Below are positions 13,594 to 25,155 of a DNA stretch of 64,000 nt, in pieces (positions within the stretch are counted from its first letter, which is position 1; each line of letters starts with the position of its first letter). The DNA is taken from the NCBI RefSeq assembly GCF_006345805.1, contig NC_043010.1:17484001-17548000 (forward strand), written 5' to 3'. The position numbers and the translations under genes were made by a program. This stretch comes from Octopus sinensis. Lineage: Eukaryota. The notes under the pieces were generated by a model. That model was not told the origin of the DNA. It worked only from the letters and a program-made list of their open reading frames with translations, and searched no databases.

Positions 13594-14309
13594 CTACAAG
13601 ATAAAACGTTTAGAAATTAAACTCAACAGTTAATTATCAATACTTCTTTGATTATTGACTCTTAATGACTTACAGAATAAAATCAATGAGGTTTGTACTT
13701 CAGAGAGACAGAAAAGGATTCCTATATAATTTATTCAATCCCTAATAATATAAGAAATATTGATTTCAAATTTTGACACAAGGCCAGCAACTTCAGGGGA
13801 GTGGGGAAGGTCAATTAGATTTACCCCAGTACACAACTGGTACTCATTTTGTTGATCCCAAAAAGATGAAAGGCAAATTCAAACTTGGCAGAATTTGAAC
13901 TCAGAACATACAAACACGTGAAACGCCACAAAAAACAATTTGTCCAATGTGCTAACGATCCTGCCACCTTAATATATTATGTAACCAATCAATAACAAGG
14001 CCAATTAAGCTATTTCTCCATAGATTGAAAACCTTAATTGATTTTTAAAAATTTTATTGTCAGCTGTATGTGCATCAGTTTGACAAATTGCAGAGAAACA
14101 AGCAGCCAATCTCAAAATATTGATTGATGATTGATGAATGATTTGTATGTAAGCCAAGATAATGCTGAGGGTGTCTGAGAGCAGAAGAAGTAAAATTTAA
14201 TAAATTCTGGGAAGAAATCATTGTAATCTTTGTTTAATGAGCAATTAGTTCAACTGATTTGAATTTAAATGCTGTATGAGGTGGTATCCAAGTTGTTGGA
14301 TCAGATAAT

Positions 14310-15627
14310 GAAAGTCACAGAGAGGGTCATAGCCCAACTAATTAGGGAGTGAGTCAGTCTAGATGAGATGCAGTTTGGGTTGGTGCCAGGGAGAAGCACC
14401 ACTGGTGCTATATTTCTGGTAAGAAAGCTGAAGGAGAAATACCTAGCCAAAGATAAGCCCCTGGACCTGGCTTTCGTTGACATGGAGAAAGCCTTTGACA
14501 GGGTCCTCCAATCCCTTATCTGGTGGTCAATGTGGAAACTAGGGATAGATGAGTGGTTAGTGAGAGCTGTACAAGCAATGTACAGGGTGGTGTCAGTAAG
14601 GTGAAGGTTGGCAACGAGTACAGTGAAGAATTTCGGGGTAGAGGTAGGGGTCCACCAAGGATCAGTTCCCAGCCCCCTCTTGTTCATCATAGTCTTCCAG
14701 GCAGTAGCAGAGGAATCCAAGACAGATTGCACCTGGGAGCCCCTCTATGCTGGTGACTTTGCTCTAATAGCTGAGTCACTATCAGAACTAGAGCAGTTTC
14801 AGGTGTGGAAGCAAGGTCTAGAATCGAAAGGCCTTAGGGACAATCTAACAAAAACCAAAGTCTTAATAAGTAGGAAGGCAGGCAAACCACAAATACCTTC
14901 AGGTTGATGGCCCTGCTCGATCTGTAGAAAAGGGGTAGGTAGAAATTCCATAACATGTACCCATTATATGGACATATAAGAGGTGTAGCAATATCAAAGG
15001 AAGGCTAACTGGGAAGACAGATTTTGTGTGCGGAAAATGTACAGGGACAGTAAAAACTGAAAATGTGCAGAAAACAGCTTCCGTCACATGCCAGTGGGTG
15101 TTCTGTGAGTGTAGCTGCAAAATAAGAATAGCCTGGACAAAGTTCAGAGAGCTCCTACTTCTGCTGGTGACAAAGGGCCTCTCGCTCAGAGTAAAAGGTA
15201 GACTGTATGACGCATGTGTGTGAACAGCCATGCTACATGGCAGTGAATCATGGGCTGTGACTGCTAAGGACATGCATAGGCTTGTAAGAAATGAAGCAAG
15301 TATGCTCTGTTAGATGTGTAATGTCAGTGTGGATGCACGACAGAGTGTAAGCACCCTGAGAAAAAAGTTGGACATAAAAAGCATCAAATGTGGTGTGCAA
15401 GAGAGATGACTGTGCTGGCATGGTCAGGTGTTGCATATGAATGAGGACAGCATGAAAAAGTGGCACACCCTAACAGTAGAGGGAACCTGTCGAAGAAGTA
15501 GACCCAGGAAGACCTGGGATGAGGTGGTAAAGCATGACCTTCAAGCGTTGGGCCTCACAGAGGTAATGACAAGAGACCAAGACCTTTGGAGATACGCTGT
15601 GCTTCAGAAGATCTGGCAAGCCAAGTA
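14310..15627 (+). mobile_element. RTE-clade LINE, 5'-truncated and degenerate
   Basis: QFGLVPGRSTTGAIFLVR...AFVDMEKAFDRV...GVHQGSVPSPLLF...LYAGD; C-terminal GRP-like 'SRPRKTWDEVVKHDL'. Confidence 0.88.
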
Positions 15628-15749
15628 AGACCATAACTGTGGCCTATGCCAGTGCAGCATAACCAGCCCATTTAAGAATACCCTTCAATCATTGGGCTAG
15701 AAACTGTGCTTACAAAGACCTTTTGAGTCAAGTGAAGTGATTGTCATGG

Positions 15750-16852
15750 CTGATGCTAAAGACATTGGGAATGCTTCGGCAAGCTTACAGCAATGAGGCA
15801 ATGGGTCGTACGCAATGTTTCAAGTGGCACAGGTGCTTCAAAAGTGGAAGAATGTCCCTGGAAGACGACGAAGCAGCCTGGGAGACCTGCCACAAGCATC
15901 ACTCCTGGAAATGTGGTGTTGTGCATCAAGAATTCATCCTCCAGAGCCAGACCATCAGTTGAGAATTCTGTTGCATTGTTTCGAAGCATTTGATGGAGGA
16001 CATTGGGCAAAAGCAACTGGGTCAGTGGAGTAGAAAGAATTGGATTCTTCATGATGACGATGCACCGGATCTTTTCAGTTTGAACGGCAGTTTTTAACAT
16101 AATTTCTAGGTAACTAAAAAATTTTAAACTTCGTATACTGGTAGAATGTGTTTATAAAACATCTTTTTCTCTTGGCTTTATTGAGAAAATTCTATAGTTT
16201 GTAAGATATTTGTTGTTTTTTTCTTCAATTTCTGCAATTTCAACCAATCAATGACGTCCATTGAGGTGAAAAAACATTCTGTGCCGTATGAATATGTCCC
16301 TCGTTTAAGAAACAGATTGGGTTTATTTACATTTGTGAAGAAAAAAAGATAACCTTCCCCCCACATCTAACCCTAACCCTAAAACAGATTGAAATGCAAT
16401 AGATCGATACTAGGGTCATAATTATGGGTGACAATTTCATATGACACCGCCAGAGAAAACTGCTGTTCAAACAGAAAAGATCCCGATGCACCTTGTCACC
16501 AAGCTCTCCTCATTCATGAGTTTCTTACCAAAAACGACATGGTATCACTCCTGCACCTGTCCTATTCCCCAGATTTAGCACCTGCAGACTTCCATCTCTG
16601 CCCCAAGATAAAAATGCAGCTCAAAGGTCACCATTTTAATACTGGTGTCGAGATCAAGATCAAATCGCTGAAGGTCTTTGTCTCGCTTATGAAAAACAAG
16701 TTCCATGATGGATTCCAGAAGTAACAGGAATGCTGGGACTGGTGTGTTGCTGTACAAGGGGACTATTTCAAAGGAGATGAGGTTGAAACTTAAGTAAATA
16801 AGTTAATTTTTTTATCAAACATAACCAGTCCAGGAAGCTTTTGATACCACAT
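15750..16852 (+). mobile_element. Degenerate mariner transposon, interrupted by a MITE
   Basis: HTH-like 'MLRQAYSNEAMGRTQCFKWHRCFKSGRMSLEDD', the YSPDLAP(A)DF catalytic-region motif and a 'GDYFKG' C-terminus. Confidence 0.85.
16067..16483. mobile_element. MITE with ~28-bp TIRs (GGATCTTTTC...), a 9-bp TSD (CGATGCACC) and internal telomeric CCCTAA units
   Basis: The TSD is exact at 16058-16066 and 16484-16492. The TIRs match at 26 of 28 positions. Confidence 0.9.
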
Positions 16853-17610
16853 TGTCCTCATCGCCATTTAACATTTGTTTTCCATTCTGACATAGGTTGA
16901 ATGGTTTGATAGAGTCCAAGGAGCTGCAGAGCTGTGATAGACCCCCAATATCAGCTTTTCTGGGTGCTTTTCTCATGATACAAGTACTAGTGAGGTCGCT
17001 AAGTAACTTGCAAGACAAAGTAAGGAGCTGTAACAATAATAATAATAATAATGTAATGTATATAGAACCGGATATAGATGTAACATTAGAATAGAGATGC
17101 CGTAATACTAGAAACATCCAATAATAACAGAAAGTGGAAGCAGTTGAAAAGATATTTCTATGAAAATCATTAAAATTACTTAATGGGGAGATGTGACCTG
17201 AAAATAAAAAATGGAAAATCAAAATAAGGGAAAGGACAGTTTTAAGCACTAAATTTTTGTGGGTTTCAACCATTCAGCTGTGGCCATGCTTGAGCACCAC
17301 TTGTTGTTGTTTAGTATTAAGTCATTCCTGACCTATGATCAAAGTTATTCCAGCCATGACCATCCCATAGTTTTACAAGTTTGTTGGATAGCATTATCTA
17401 ATGAGAGACAATTAGCTATTGTTTTTAGCAGACTCAGCAAGAATGTGAAAATTCTCTTGTCGATTCCATACTTGGCTTTTATATGGCACACCTTTAGTCT
17501 GTTTTAGTTGCTACAGCTGAGGCCATGCTGGAGCACTGCTTTCAATGAATGCCAATAATAAAAAGAGAATAAATACAAAAATTACTAGAAATCTTAAAAA
17601 AACAACTTAC

Positions 17611-17811
17611 AAAAATCCAGCAACATATGAATTCGAGACGTTAGCAGCACCAGAATCCCAGGCTGCACTTGTTTCTCCAAGCCAAAGTTTCTTTCCTGGA
17701 GCATGGTTTCTCAAAATATCATTGGCTGAAGCAAGTTCCTTTTCCAAATAGTCCATAACTGCTACATCGTAAAACTGCGAAAGTTTGGCATATTTACCAT
17801 CAAGATAATAT
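17611..17811 (-). CDS. HPSE: Heparanase-like exon 6 (nucleophile Glu)
   Basis: ttccag| ... |gtaagt, 201 nt. YYLDG...PGKKLWLGETSAAWDSGAANVSNSYVAGF. Confidence 0.96.
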
Positions 17812-17984
17812 CTGGAAGAAAACAGGAACGTTTAAGAAGCTGTTTCAGTTTATTGCAATGAAAAGGACAAGGAGCTTAATTAAACCATTTTTACTCAACG
17901 AGAATATCTCTTAATTAAAGTAGGGAGATGTAACAGGAAACAAACTTGGCATTATACAAGAATTGATTAACAAGAAATCATCAT

Positions 17985-18343
17985 CATCATCATCATCATG
18001 ACAATAGATAATGAGAATTCTTGAGAGCAATGCAATGCAATGCAGACAACAATGTGTCACTGTGTGTGTGTGTGGGTGAGTGAGTGAGTGAGAGTGGGTG
18101 TGTGTGTGAGAGAGAGAAAGTGAGTGAAAGTGTGTGTGTGAGAGAGAGAGAGTGAGTGTGTGTGTGAGAGAATGAGTGGGTGTGTATGTGTGTGTGAGAG
18201 AGAGAGAATGTGTGAGTGGGTGTGTGAGAGAATGGGTGTGTGTGTGAGTGTGAGAGAGTGGGTGTGTGTGCACATGTGCGTTTGTGTGTGTGAGAGAGAG
18301 AGTGCATGTGCATGTGTGTGTGTGTGATAGAGAGAGAGAGAGA

Positions 18344-18374
<31 letters not shown>

Positions 18375-18455
18375 TGGGTGGGTGTGTATGTGTGTGTGAT
18401 AGAGAGAGAGAGAGTGGGTGTGTGTGTGCACATGTGCGTGTGTTTGTGAGTGAGC
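17985..18455. repeat. Compound (CAT)n/(TGCAA)n/(GT)n(GA)n microsatellite
   Basis: Visible directly in the sequence. Confidence 0.95.
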
Positions 18456-18657
18456 CATTAGTTACCTACGCATCCAGAGGACTGTTAAAGTAGGGTTGAA
18501 ACTAACCGATGACAATAGCATCATCATCATCATCATCATCACATCAACAACAATAGTCAGTCCACAATGAACCTTCTAGAAGGTCACTCGACCTGCTATA
18601 TATATATATATATGAATAAATAAATAAATGGAGTTGAATGAAGATGTTAATAAAATT

Positions 18658-18750
18658 CCTTTACTTTCAACATATGTTTCGAAGACAACATGGTTTTATT
18701 CCAAAGGAATAAACGGTGTAAGATGCAATCTTCTCATCAGGAAAGAAAGG
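18658..18750 (-). ncRNA. Type I hammerhead ribozyme fold with a canonical core
   Basis: Minus strand: CCUUU-CUUUC CUGAUGA GAAGAUUGCAU...AUGUUGUCUUC GAAAC AUAU GUU GAAAG-U-AAAGG. Stems I, II and III all pair, and the NUH triplet is GUU. Confidence 0.8.
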
Positions 18751-18961
18751 GAGCCTCTCTCAACAACAAGACAATACAATAATTACGAGGACTGCCTACA
18801 TGATAAACAAAACCATGTTGACGGTAAACATAGGATAATTCATTCACCCATCGATATATATATATATACTTTATTTAAAAGCAGCAGAAATATAACAAAA
18901 GCTGTTACTCGGAGTTTCATGTTCCCGTTTGTCGGACAGTTTTGTTAAAATAGAACCGAAA

Positions 18962-18999
18962 CTGTCCGACGAACGGGAACGTGAAACTCCGAGTAACAG
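18962..18999 (+). ncRNA. Minimal hammerhead-like motif (core variant CCGACGA), PLE pseudo-LTR type
   Basis: CUGU CCGACGA AC-GGGAAC-GU GAAAC UCCGA GUA ACAG. Stem I is CUGU/ACAG, stem III is near-palindromic (ACUC-C-GAGU), and the triplet is GUA. U4 is replaced by C. Confidence 0.5.
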
Positions 19000-19103
19000 C
19001 TTTTGTTATATTTCTGCTGCTTTTAATTAAAGCATATTACTCTACCTCTGGTATTTGAGTACTCTTTTTTCCACCTTGTTTCACATTTATGTGCTAACTC
19101 CGG

Positions 19104-19164
<61 letters not shown>

Positions 19165-20167
19165 CTGAGAGAGAGACAGACAGACAGACAGATAGAGAAA
19201 GAGTTTACTGTTCCATTAAGGTAAGATCAACAAAAAGTGTACTCCATCCAGTGAGAGATAAGTAAATATCATTGAATGTAAACTGTATTCAGATGAGAGC
19301 TATTAATGATTTGCTCCATTTGAAAATCAGGACACTGGTACACCAGAAACCACTGAGAAAAATATGAGAAGAAGGTTGATGCAAAAAAGAGGAAGGAGAA
19401 GACAAAGAGTGAATAAAAATGATAAAAGAAAGGAAAGAAAGAAATTTAGGGTCACGTCCCCTTTGACTAGAAGTCACAATGTACTTATAAAATAAAATAA
19501 AAAATTAACAGAGAGGTGTCTAAAGTCTGCAAGGCAGCTGCTCAATTCAGAGAGGGTGATGTCCTCCAGTTCACTAAAAGAAATATGTCCATAGGCTTAC
19601 ATTTACTGAAAATTTCGGATCTAGAATTAAGTAGTGTGTTGGAATTTTGGGGATCAAAAAAGAATGTGTGATCTTTCAGCAATATATAAGTTGTATTTCT
19701 TAGATCCATTTATATATGGTAAGGATTTTTCAACAATTCTCTATTTGGTTGTATGTGGTGTGCAGTTGGTCTTCAAACATCATACATGGCTAGCCAACCT
19801 AATGGTTTTACTTTTGTCGATATGCCAGAAAGAATGGTTTGCATAATGTCTTTCAAAATTGCCTTCACATAAACCAATGTAATTTTTCTTTTCAGGTATA
19901 TTACCTTGAAGTGTTGTTGTGACTTCTGCTTCATAGATGATAGTTTATCATACATGCCTGGTTAAGTGGGCAAGCTTCAGCATCTCAACAGGTACAACTG
20001 GGAGTGAGCTCTTGATGAAGCTTATGAGTGATAATGTCCTGCATATTAAGGCAGCAGCTGTATATCTCTATTGAGTTTTTATTAGAAAAATTTCCTGTAT
20101 TTATGGTTTACTGGGAAATTCATATTTGAAAGAGCCAAGAATTTCTTGCCTGCATTAGTTTTAACAT

Positions 20168-20525
20168 TTAAGGAGAAAGGGTGGGGGACCATATTATTTT
20201 CCTAGGTCTGTTATTAGATTTCATATTTTTAATTGTAGGGTTGTAATATATCTTAACTTTGAAGCCACTGTTAGCTAGGGCATTTTTATAGTAGGGGGTT
20301 ACCTTATCAAATATTTCTTTTGAAGAGAAGAGATTAGATATCCTATTAATAATGTTAGCTACCAGGTTTCTAAGCACTAGAGAAGGGGTAACAGTACTGT
20401 TTGTATATGTCAGAGAGTTTCTCATTTCGTTTATGGTAAGGTTTATAAAAGAGGGAGTTCAGGTCTAGGGAAACATCTAAAAAGTTGACTTTGGACAGTG
20501 ATTAACACGTTTATGTAAATTCAGT
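20168..20525 (-). mobile_element. Penelope-like RT thumb/linker fragment (degenerate)
   Basis: Frameshifted FLDVSLDL...YKPYHK and 'INRISNLFSSKEIF...YYKNALANSGF...RPRKIIW' pattern typical of the PLE RT C-terminus. Confidence 0.7.
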
Positions 20526-21345
20526 CACCTTATTGAGCTACAATCTCAATATTGAAGAATAAAAATCTACAATACCAAATTGAGTAAATCTGACCCCATG
20601 TTTGTCCTTTAAATTCTGAAACTAATCTATTATAGTGCTGTTATTAGCCCATTTCTGTAGCTAAGTAGTCCCTCTCATTCTGAGTACCTTTTGTAGGGAC
20701 TACTAAACTGATTTCAGGCTTTGCTGGGTTTAAAAGCCTACAGTCAAAGGGGACGTAACTCTCATTTTCTTTCCCTTCTTTATCTGAGTCTATTCCCTGT
20801 TTCTCTTCTAATTCAACTCTTTTGCATCTACCTTCTCCTTGTCTTTTGTCGTTTCTCAAGTATCTGCATCCTAATTTTCAAATAGAACAAACCATGAGCT
20901 CAGAGCCTGGATATTGCTTGCAGACACAAGGCACATTATAAATCCTGCCTAACCACATGTCTTAATGGCTAGAACTTATTAGTAGCTCTTAGTTAAATAC
21001 ATTAAATGATATAAATATATCTATTTCTTTACTACCCACAAGGGGCTAAACACAGAGAGGACAAACAAGGACAGACAAACGGATTAAGTCAATTACATCG
21101 ACCCCAGTGCATAACTGGTACTTAATTTATCGACCCCGAAAGGATGAAAGGCAAAGTCTTTGAACTCAGAACATAACGGCAGGCGAAATACGGCTAAGCA
21201 TTTGACCCGGCGTGCTAACGTTTCTGCCAGCTTGCCGCCTTGATATAAATATACCGTCATCATGCATAATCCAAATATCATTCATCCATCCATGAAATGA
21301 CAGACCTTAAAATGCTAAGAATATAAGACAAGTCCAATAACATAC

Positions 21346-21393
21346 TGATGTAGAGTAACAGCATCCAAGGAAGTGTGGGCCGCATCTAGGTAT
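21346..21393 (-). CDS. HPSE: Heparanase-like exon 5 (48-nt small exon)
   Basis: tgacag| ... |gtatgt. (K)YLDAAHTSLDAVTLH(Q) corresponds to HPSE 'FLKAGGEVIDSVTWHH'. Phases 2/2 fit both neighbours. Confidence 0.9.
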
Positions 21394-22995
21394 CTGTCAA
21401 ATAAAAAAGAATAAAATAAAAAATGCTTGAGGAATTCAATTTATTTACAATTTTGACAGTATTTCTAAGTTGAGAAATCTGTGAACAAAAGGTGGCATCG
21501 CTGGTGGGATAATATGAGCACTTTTTGTTGTTGTGATTGCAATAATTACTGTTTGGTAAAGAGTCGTTAGCAGGCCGAGGAAAATGCTTAGAGGTGTGTT
21601 TTCCAATTTTACATTCTCAGTTCAAATTCTGCCAACCAAGGTCAATTTTGCTTGTCATGGGGTTGATAAAATAAGTACCAGTTGAGTGTAGGGGGATCGA
21701 TGTAATCAACATACTTCCGCCCCTGAAATTGCTGGCCTTGTGCCAAAATGTGAAACCAATAATTAATGCCTGGCTTAAATAAAAAGAATGTCTTTCCATC
21801 AGGTGGATGGGGGTCAAAGGATCAGTTGTTGTTTAGTTCCCAGATCGTCCATGATCTGGTAGACCTAATTAAAGGTAAGATCTAATTAAAGGCATCCCAG
21901 ACATGACAATCCAGTCTATTTTTCGGGTAAAGGCTATCTAAAACTGTATTATCAAATGGTTCTCTTTTTAAAGAGTAGAGTGTAGTTTGAAGGAGATTTA
22001 GCTGCTATTTATCAAAGGTTTAAGGGTGGGGAAGTGGTTGGGGTGAGTGTAGAATAGAGTGAAAAGTGAAGTGTGAAGCGATATAATGTCATCAACAGAA
22101 ATACTGTTTCTAGATTCATCTGGAATAAGGTGTGGTGGCAAGTTGATTCTGATCTGATCAGTAAATGACTGAAAGTTCAGCTGGGGTAAGATCAATCCAC
22201 GATCAATATAATTTATTTCAACTCGATTATACCCTTTTGTTGATAAATTTTTGCTGTTTAGTTAAGGGTATGAACAGGGTGACCTCCATGGCCCCTTCCT
22301 CCAGCCTGAGATTTTTGTGGCTGATGTTTATAAGAAATTTATGTCAGAAACATCTTGTCAAAAGGGGAATTCCAGAAGGTTGCATCACAGGAGAGGAATG
22401 ACTCAGAAAAGTATTTAGAGTTTATTGGGTGAGAGATAATGGGGTGGTGAGGATGAGATTCAAGAAGTGGGGTTCACTGGACGATAGTCAGCTGGAAAAT
22501 TCAGTTTGATAAAAGAGGTAGTAAGAAAGGACAGGGATTGTGTTGGTCAATGAGTCTTTCACAAATAACTGGATCACATTTTGGGGATGCAATTTAAGAT
22601 GTTTACATGGGTAGCCCTGTCCAGTATTTTAACAGGGGTCTAAAATATTTTTATATGTAGCATTAGCATGACAGTATATCTATATATATTTCTATATGAA
22701 GTATCTTTTTTTACTTTCTTGACCCTTAGAACTCATAATGTTGAATACCCAGTTTCTATGACAGAATACAACATTCCCTCTGAACAGGATGCCAGCAAGG
22801 TTCATGGGGACAGGTCAATTCCATTAAACCCTGTACTTAACAGGTTCTTTATTTTCATTAACCCTGAAGAGATGAAAAACAAAGTTGACCTTAGTGGAAT
22901 TTGAACTCAGATTGTAAGGATCTGGAAGAAAATGCCACTAAGCATTTTGACCAATGTGTTAATGTTTCTTCTAGTTCACTGCTTTATATGAAATA

Positions 22996-24230
22996 CTAGC
23001 TGAATAGCCTGTCGTTGCTAATTTTTACAATACAATGTCCATGTTAGAGCAATGCCTTCCCTGATAAACCTCTTGATCAGGACAAGTTTGTGCAATTTTC
23101 CGACAAAAAACTTCATTGAGGACTTTTTTTACCTTTTTAAATTATTTCCATGCCTGTTCGACCATTTTGCATGACTTTATTCATTAAGACTTCAGAAGTT
23201 CTTACACCTTTGGTCGTTGTAATGCTTTGCTTTCGTTTGTTTAATAAAAATTCCTCCTCCTAATGATTTTGCTTTCATTTTGTGATAGACAGCTATCATG
23301 CAGAAAATGCCAGCTTCCAAATCCTGTTTTCTAATAAGGTAAAATTGATTAAACTTTAAACCTCAGTAACATTTTTTTATGTAACTTTTCTAGAACAAAT
23401 AAATATCAAAATCAGATTTAACATGGCAAATTATTTCAGTAAACCAAATTTGGAAATTTTGATGCAATTTTAAAATTTCACAATATGTGACAGTAACAAA
23501 GAAGACTCTACAAAAGTAAGGAGACAGACAGTTATAGGATGTGACACACACACATTTGTTGCTAGCAAAATGGTATATGCCGGCTGTGTGAGCAACTGGT
23601 TGTTTTAATGGTGGAACAAACAGGAATTCCATTAGAAAAAGTTTTAATCGATTTTCTCGGTAACTACCGGGGCTAGTTAAAAAATACAAACCGCATTCCA
23701 ATCTATGTACCCATCTTCACATATGTGCCATTTTTCATGCGAATCTACCCAGCTGTTTGGCTGTGAACCTCAAGACAAGAAAAAATACAACGATCGCCCA
23801 TGTCCAATTTATATCATAGACTAGCAGCTAAGCCCGGTTTCACCCGGTCTGTTTGGATGTTGTGGCTATGATTGTTTTCGGTTAGCCATAATCTATAACA
23901 GCATTTCTCAACCTTATCATTTCGGGTCCCCAGTTTCGATTGGAGCCTCCAGCTGTATGAAACCTTCCTGGCTTAATCCCGTCAGAAAACAGCTTCTAAG
24001 CAACTGGTTGTTTTAATAGCGGAAGAAAGAGAGGAATTCCATTAGAAAAAGTTTTTATCGATTTTCTCGGTAAGTATGGGGGGTTAGGTAAAAAATACAA
24101 ACTGCATTCCAATCTATGCACCCATCTCCACATGTGTGCCATTTTTCACGCGAATTCACCCAGCCGTTTGGCTGTGAACCTCAAGACAAGAAAGAATACA
24201 ACGATTGCCCATGTCCAATTTATATTATAG

Positions 24231-24231
<1 letters not shown>
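22996..24231 (-). mobile_element. Two related Helitrons head-to-tail (22996-23820 and 23821-24231)
   Basis: On the minus strand each begins TCTAT(G/A)ATATAAA and ends in a GC-rich stretch plus CTAG. They share ~230 nt of 5' sequence. The outer flanks are A|...|T. Confidence 0.75.
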
Positions 24232-24262
<31 letters not shown>

Positions 24263-24974
24263 ATAGTCATAAATAATAGAAAAGTAGTTTGATGAAATTT
24301 CATTTAACAATAAGAAAATTAAAATATCACAAATTGTTTCATAACTTAGAAACATCTAAATAATTTATATTATTATATTTAATAATAAATTATTTACTTA
24401 GTGTCGGTTTTAATGCAAAATGCAAAAATTCTTTCAAAATGAGTGTGTGTGTCTGTGTTTGTCCCTGCCCACTGCTTGATAACTACTGTTCATGAATTTA
24501 CAGCTTCATAACCTAGCAATTTAGCAAAAGAGACCGATGGAATAAGTACTAGGCTTTTAAAAAACAAGTCCTGTGATCAATTCATTCGACTAAAAATTCT
24601 TCAAGGTGGTTCCTGGTGCAGCTTCCTGGCTTGCCAGCCCTCAATCGAACCGTCCAACCCGTGCCAGCATGGAAAGCAGACGTTAAACGATGATGATGAA
24701 ACCATGAATGAAAACCTCCTCTTCCTCCTCTTCGTGTTCTTCAATTCAAATTAACAAAAGCACCGCATTGGTTCACTTTCTCTCAAGAAATATTCTGGAA
24801 GTTAGAAACCTGTGGCAAAATCAAAACTGTTCTATTTCATAAAAAAAAAAAAAAGAGAGGCAAGCAGAATCCTTGGCCACAGTCTAATGAATGAAACAAG
24901 TAAAAGATGAAAGATTAAATCTGTGAAATAATCTTTAAAAACCTAACGGAATTTTATAAAAAAAAAAAACCTAC

Positions 24975-25155
24975 TTTTTAAAGAAATTTTTATATGACGA
25001 TTGAGTAACACATAGGTTAGTGACATCAGGCCCCACCAGTTTTGTTCCCTTGAAATGTGGTATCTGATCCATGATAGAACGAAGATATGAAAAATCACTT
25101 CCTAAGATCGTTGGATCCGGTCTGTGAGGCAGAATCAGTTGGTAGACATCTGGTT
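24975..25155 (-). CDS. HPSE: Heparanase-like exon 4
   Basis: ttccag| ... |gtaggt, 181 nt. (E)PDVYQL...LGSDFSYLRSIM...KLVGPDV. Confidence 0.93.

Noticed and set aside
19773-19955. Possible extra heparanase exon
   Set aside because: No similarity to GH79, and exons 5 and 6 already join in frame through the conserved LHQYY motif.
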